Shown: one piece after another, positions 61,461 to 64,000 of the stretch | Layout of the letters: every line of letters starts with the position of its first letter | Numbering within the stretch: the stretch's first letter is position 1 | DNA from: Eledone cirrhosa | Taxonomy: Eukaryota | Direction: 5' to 3' | Length of the DNA: 64,000 bases | Assembly: GCA_964016885.1 (NCBI GenBank) | Contig: OZ024740.1 | Span: 249,364,001 to 249,428,000, forward strand | Notes under the pieces: generated by a model | What the model saw: the letters and a program-made list of their open reading frames with translations, nothing else | The model's database searches: none | What the model was told of the DNA's origin: nothing | Translations under genes and position numbers: made by a program

Positions 61461-61623
61461 CTAATACACAATTTGTATTCTTATGGTGTAGAACATGAAA
61501 AAGAGTTTTTATTCTCAGCTACTTTGATAGCTAAATAAAATTGTGGTCTGGTTTCTAATGTACTTATCTGATATCCACACTTGTTATCTGTTTTCTTTCA
61601 GTACTGTGGCTTAGAGTTTAGAG

Positions 61624-61905
61624 CAGTCATGGGCAACCTGCGGCCCACAAAGCTTTTTGAATGGCTCACCTAAGTGAAATCTTTCTGATTTTTTTACCCA
61701 AACTTTTCAGTGGTAATTTATCTTTCTATCATTTTTACGATGAAGGAAAACAATGTGTACGAATTCTGAAGAAACAATTCAAAACAACTTGAGTTACCAC
61801 CCTTTTTTTTAATGTAGGCATGAATGAAAATTAGCGCTTGCGGCCTGCCTGATGAATAGCCATATCTCACGCCGCCCGCTTTTCGAAAAAGGTTGCCCAT
61901 GCCAT
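61624..61905. mobile_element. hAT-type MITE
   Basis: TIRs CATGGGCAACCT / AGGTTGCCCATG with GCGGCC subterminal motifs; TSD not confirmed. Confidence 0.65.
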
Positions 61906-62286
61906 TTCCACTATCAACTTATACATACCTGTTTTGTATATGGGATTTTTTTCATGTATAAAATTGGTAGTGGGGAGGCAGATTATCCCTTCAGAATGTC
62001 TTGCTGTCATCTTTGTCTTAACTTTAGTTTTTGTTCCCTCTCAACATGTTTTCTTGGGGCTCTGCAAGAGTCAGCAGCAACACACACAAAAAAAAATGAG
62101 TCCAATTATATTATAGTTTCGGTGTTTCACATGGAACCCCATAGATATAACACAGAGAAGCATACAATCCAAGTGAAAACAAAAGACAACATATAATCTA
62201 ATAAGAAGGTTAAAGAAAAGAAGAAGAAAAAACTGAAATGAAACAGAAAGTTGAATGGAAAAGGTAGAAAAGAATCATTGAAATAA

Positions 62287-62393
62287 TTATTCTATAAAGT
62301 GTCCTGTCTCATTTAGAAATTGTCTTCTATGCTGGCCAGCTAAAATCTTCCCTTGCTGAATTGCATCAAGTTCATTTGTTAATCGTACCTTTC
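62287..62393 (-). CDS. Candidate terminal coding exon of an unidentified host gene
   Basis: ttttttacag acceptor, then (x)KVRLTNELDAIQQGKILAGQHRRQFLNETGHFIE*; non-repetitive; no homology recognised. Confidence 0.35.
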
Positions 62394-62684
62394 CTGTAAA
62401 AAATTACTGGTTTCAACAAGCACTTTTTGGCTAAAACCACTAACAATAGCAAATATGTTTGTTTTGAGCGAAGGAGTGAAAACCTCTATGCGGTTACTTG
62501 ACCTGTTGGAAATAGCAGCCAAACTTCTTTCAGGTCACATACCTTCTTGAATTAGGAAAGGACTCTTTGGTTGGTTGCTTTAAGCCTCAGTTTAATGACA
62601 ATCCAGAACTAAAAGGGGTGAGTTCCAAAATGAAATATATATCAGGATTGAGTGATCGAAGTTTCAATCCAACATTTTATTTGT

Positions 62685-63232
62685 AACAGTGGTACCCGGC
62701 GTTGCACGGGATAAGGTATTTTGGAACGTGGGCCGCCAACAGATCTAATCATGGAAAAACTACATGCCTAGACAATATGTAAAGAAAATAAACCGAATAC
62801 TATGTGCATAATATGCCTTCAAATATCGGGAAAATCGGCTAGATGTAACGCCTCAAAAAAGCTGTAAAAAGCTGAAAAAATGAAGTTTTTCACCTAATGA
62901 GGGCCCTAGGCCATAAAAAAGTTGGATTTTCTTTGCTCACGGTATGAAGAAGAGACTGACTAATACATAGTTACAATGTCAAGGAAATCGGTCTGACGTA
63001 ACGCCTCAAAAAACCCCTACAAAGCTGAAAAAAACACAGTTTTTCACCTAATGCGGGCCCTAGGGGATAAAAAAGTTGAATTTTTTTAATGTGCATAACA
63101 CTCCCTGAAACATAATACACATGTAAAGTTTGAAAAAAATCAGTTGGGTACTTCTCGGGTTTCACACACACACACACACATACATACATACATACATCCT
63201 TACTCAGTTTTACATATATATACATATATAGA
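62685..63232 (-). mobile_element. Non-autonomous Helitron copy
   Basis: CAGTGGTACCCGGCGTTGCACGGG hairpin end; colinear with 47322-48624; TC 5' end. Confidence 0.8.
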
Positions 63233-63235
63233 TTA

Positions 63236-63662
63236 AAATAACAGATTAAAGTTTAAGCAAAGAATCGTTGCTTTCACCCTTAACGGGATCTTCTGAAACA
63301 AAAAACATCAATCTGTGAACGCAGAAGTAAATATTTCGAAAAACGTTGCAACCGAAGGAAAACAAGAAGACGATACTTTGGTTTGTGAAGATGTTCCCTG
63401 GCAGTGAAAGGATAATGGCGAACATAATACGTCATCAATGTTCGTCAGAATGTCGTAATGCAGACAGCCAGGCATACAGACAGATAGATATTATAAGGGC
63501 GTGGCGGAGATGGATAACCGGCGCCTAACACCCCTTTAACAACAGAAAATTGAAAAAATAAAGCGGCAGTTAATATTTTTAGACCGCAAGGAATATATAA
63601 ATGCAAGTTTGAAGTCAATCGGAATAGAAATGTGGATTTGTATAGACTTTGCAAAGATGAGG

Positions 63663-63693
<31 letters not shown>

Positions 63694-63716
63694 ACAACAG
63701 TTTTATATATATAGAT
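63236..63716 (-). mobile_element. Second Helitron-like non-autonomous element, in tandem
   Basis: Ends (CA)n..AGTTTTATATATATAGA; shares CGTAATGCAGACAGCCAG..ATATTATAAGGG with ~48341-48382. Confidence 0.6.
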
Positions 63717-64000
63717 TACATGTAACACGTGTTTCTTGAATGCATTATATTTATTTCTCATCCACTGTTTTTGCTACATCTCAAAATTCTTTCTTCAATT
63801 TCAGCTTCATCTCTTCAATTCTGTAACATCTCACGGCTTTAATTTTGCACTTTAAAATCTTTTACCGAACTTACTGTTTTGAATGTTTACACACACACAA
63901 CATCCATCTCAACATTTCTTCGTTTGGTACATCCCAAAATTCCTATAACGAAAAGAGAGTCAAATGCCTACTTATACCTTTTAATAATTACAGGTTGAAA

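Noticed and set aside
62480-62560. Ancient conserved SINE domain (GAAATAGCAGCCAAA)
   Set aside because: Resemblance from memory only; a single short copy that needs a Dfam search.

Overview
AT-rich eukaryotic (animal) genomic DNA made almost entirely of nested, decayed transposable elements and microsatellites. I found no prokaryotic features and no intact, recognisable host gene; two isolated candidate exons lie on the minus strand. The SINE and RTE repertoire resembles what I associate with cephalopod (octopod) genomes, which is an inference. Contents: Ty3/Gypsy LTR elements, a hAT-like DDE transposase, a mariner, Helitrons, Penelope-like elements, non-LTR retrotransposons of the Tx1/L1, R4/Dong, RTE, Ingi/Vingi and CRE types, and two SINE families. 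Most notable: (1) a 12-kb stack (5336-17431) of six retro-insertions, each bounded by (ATT)n, in which the SINE 3' end matches the Tx1 LINE 3' end; (2) an HDV-like ribozyme whose predicted cleavage G is exactly the TSD-defined 5' end of an Ingi/Vingi-like LINE; (3) a complete minimal hammerhead plus several degenerate ones near Penelope remnants; (4) a CRE element with twin-priming-like 5' inversion inside a Penelope terminal repeat; (5) patchy near-identity and shared stop codons between two RTE copies 27 kb apart. All calls come from visual motif reading; no database searches or folding programs were run.
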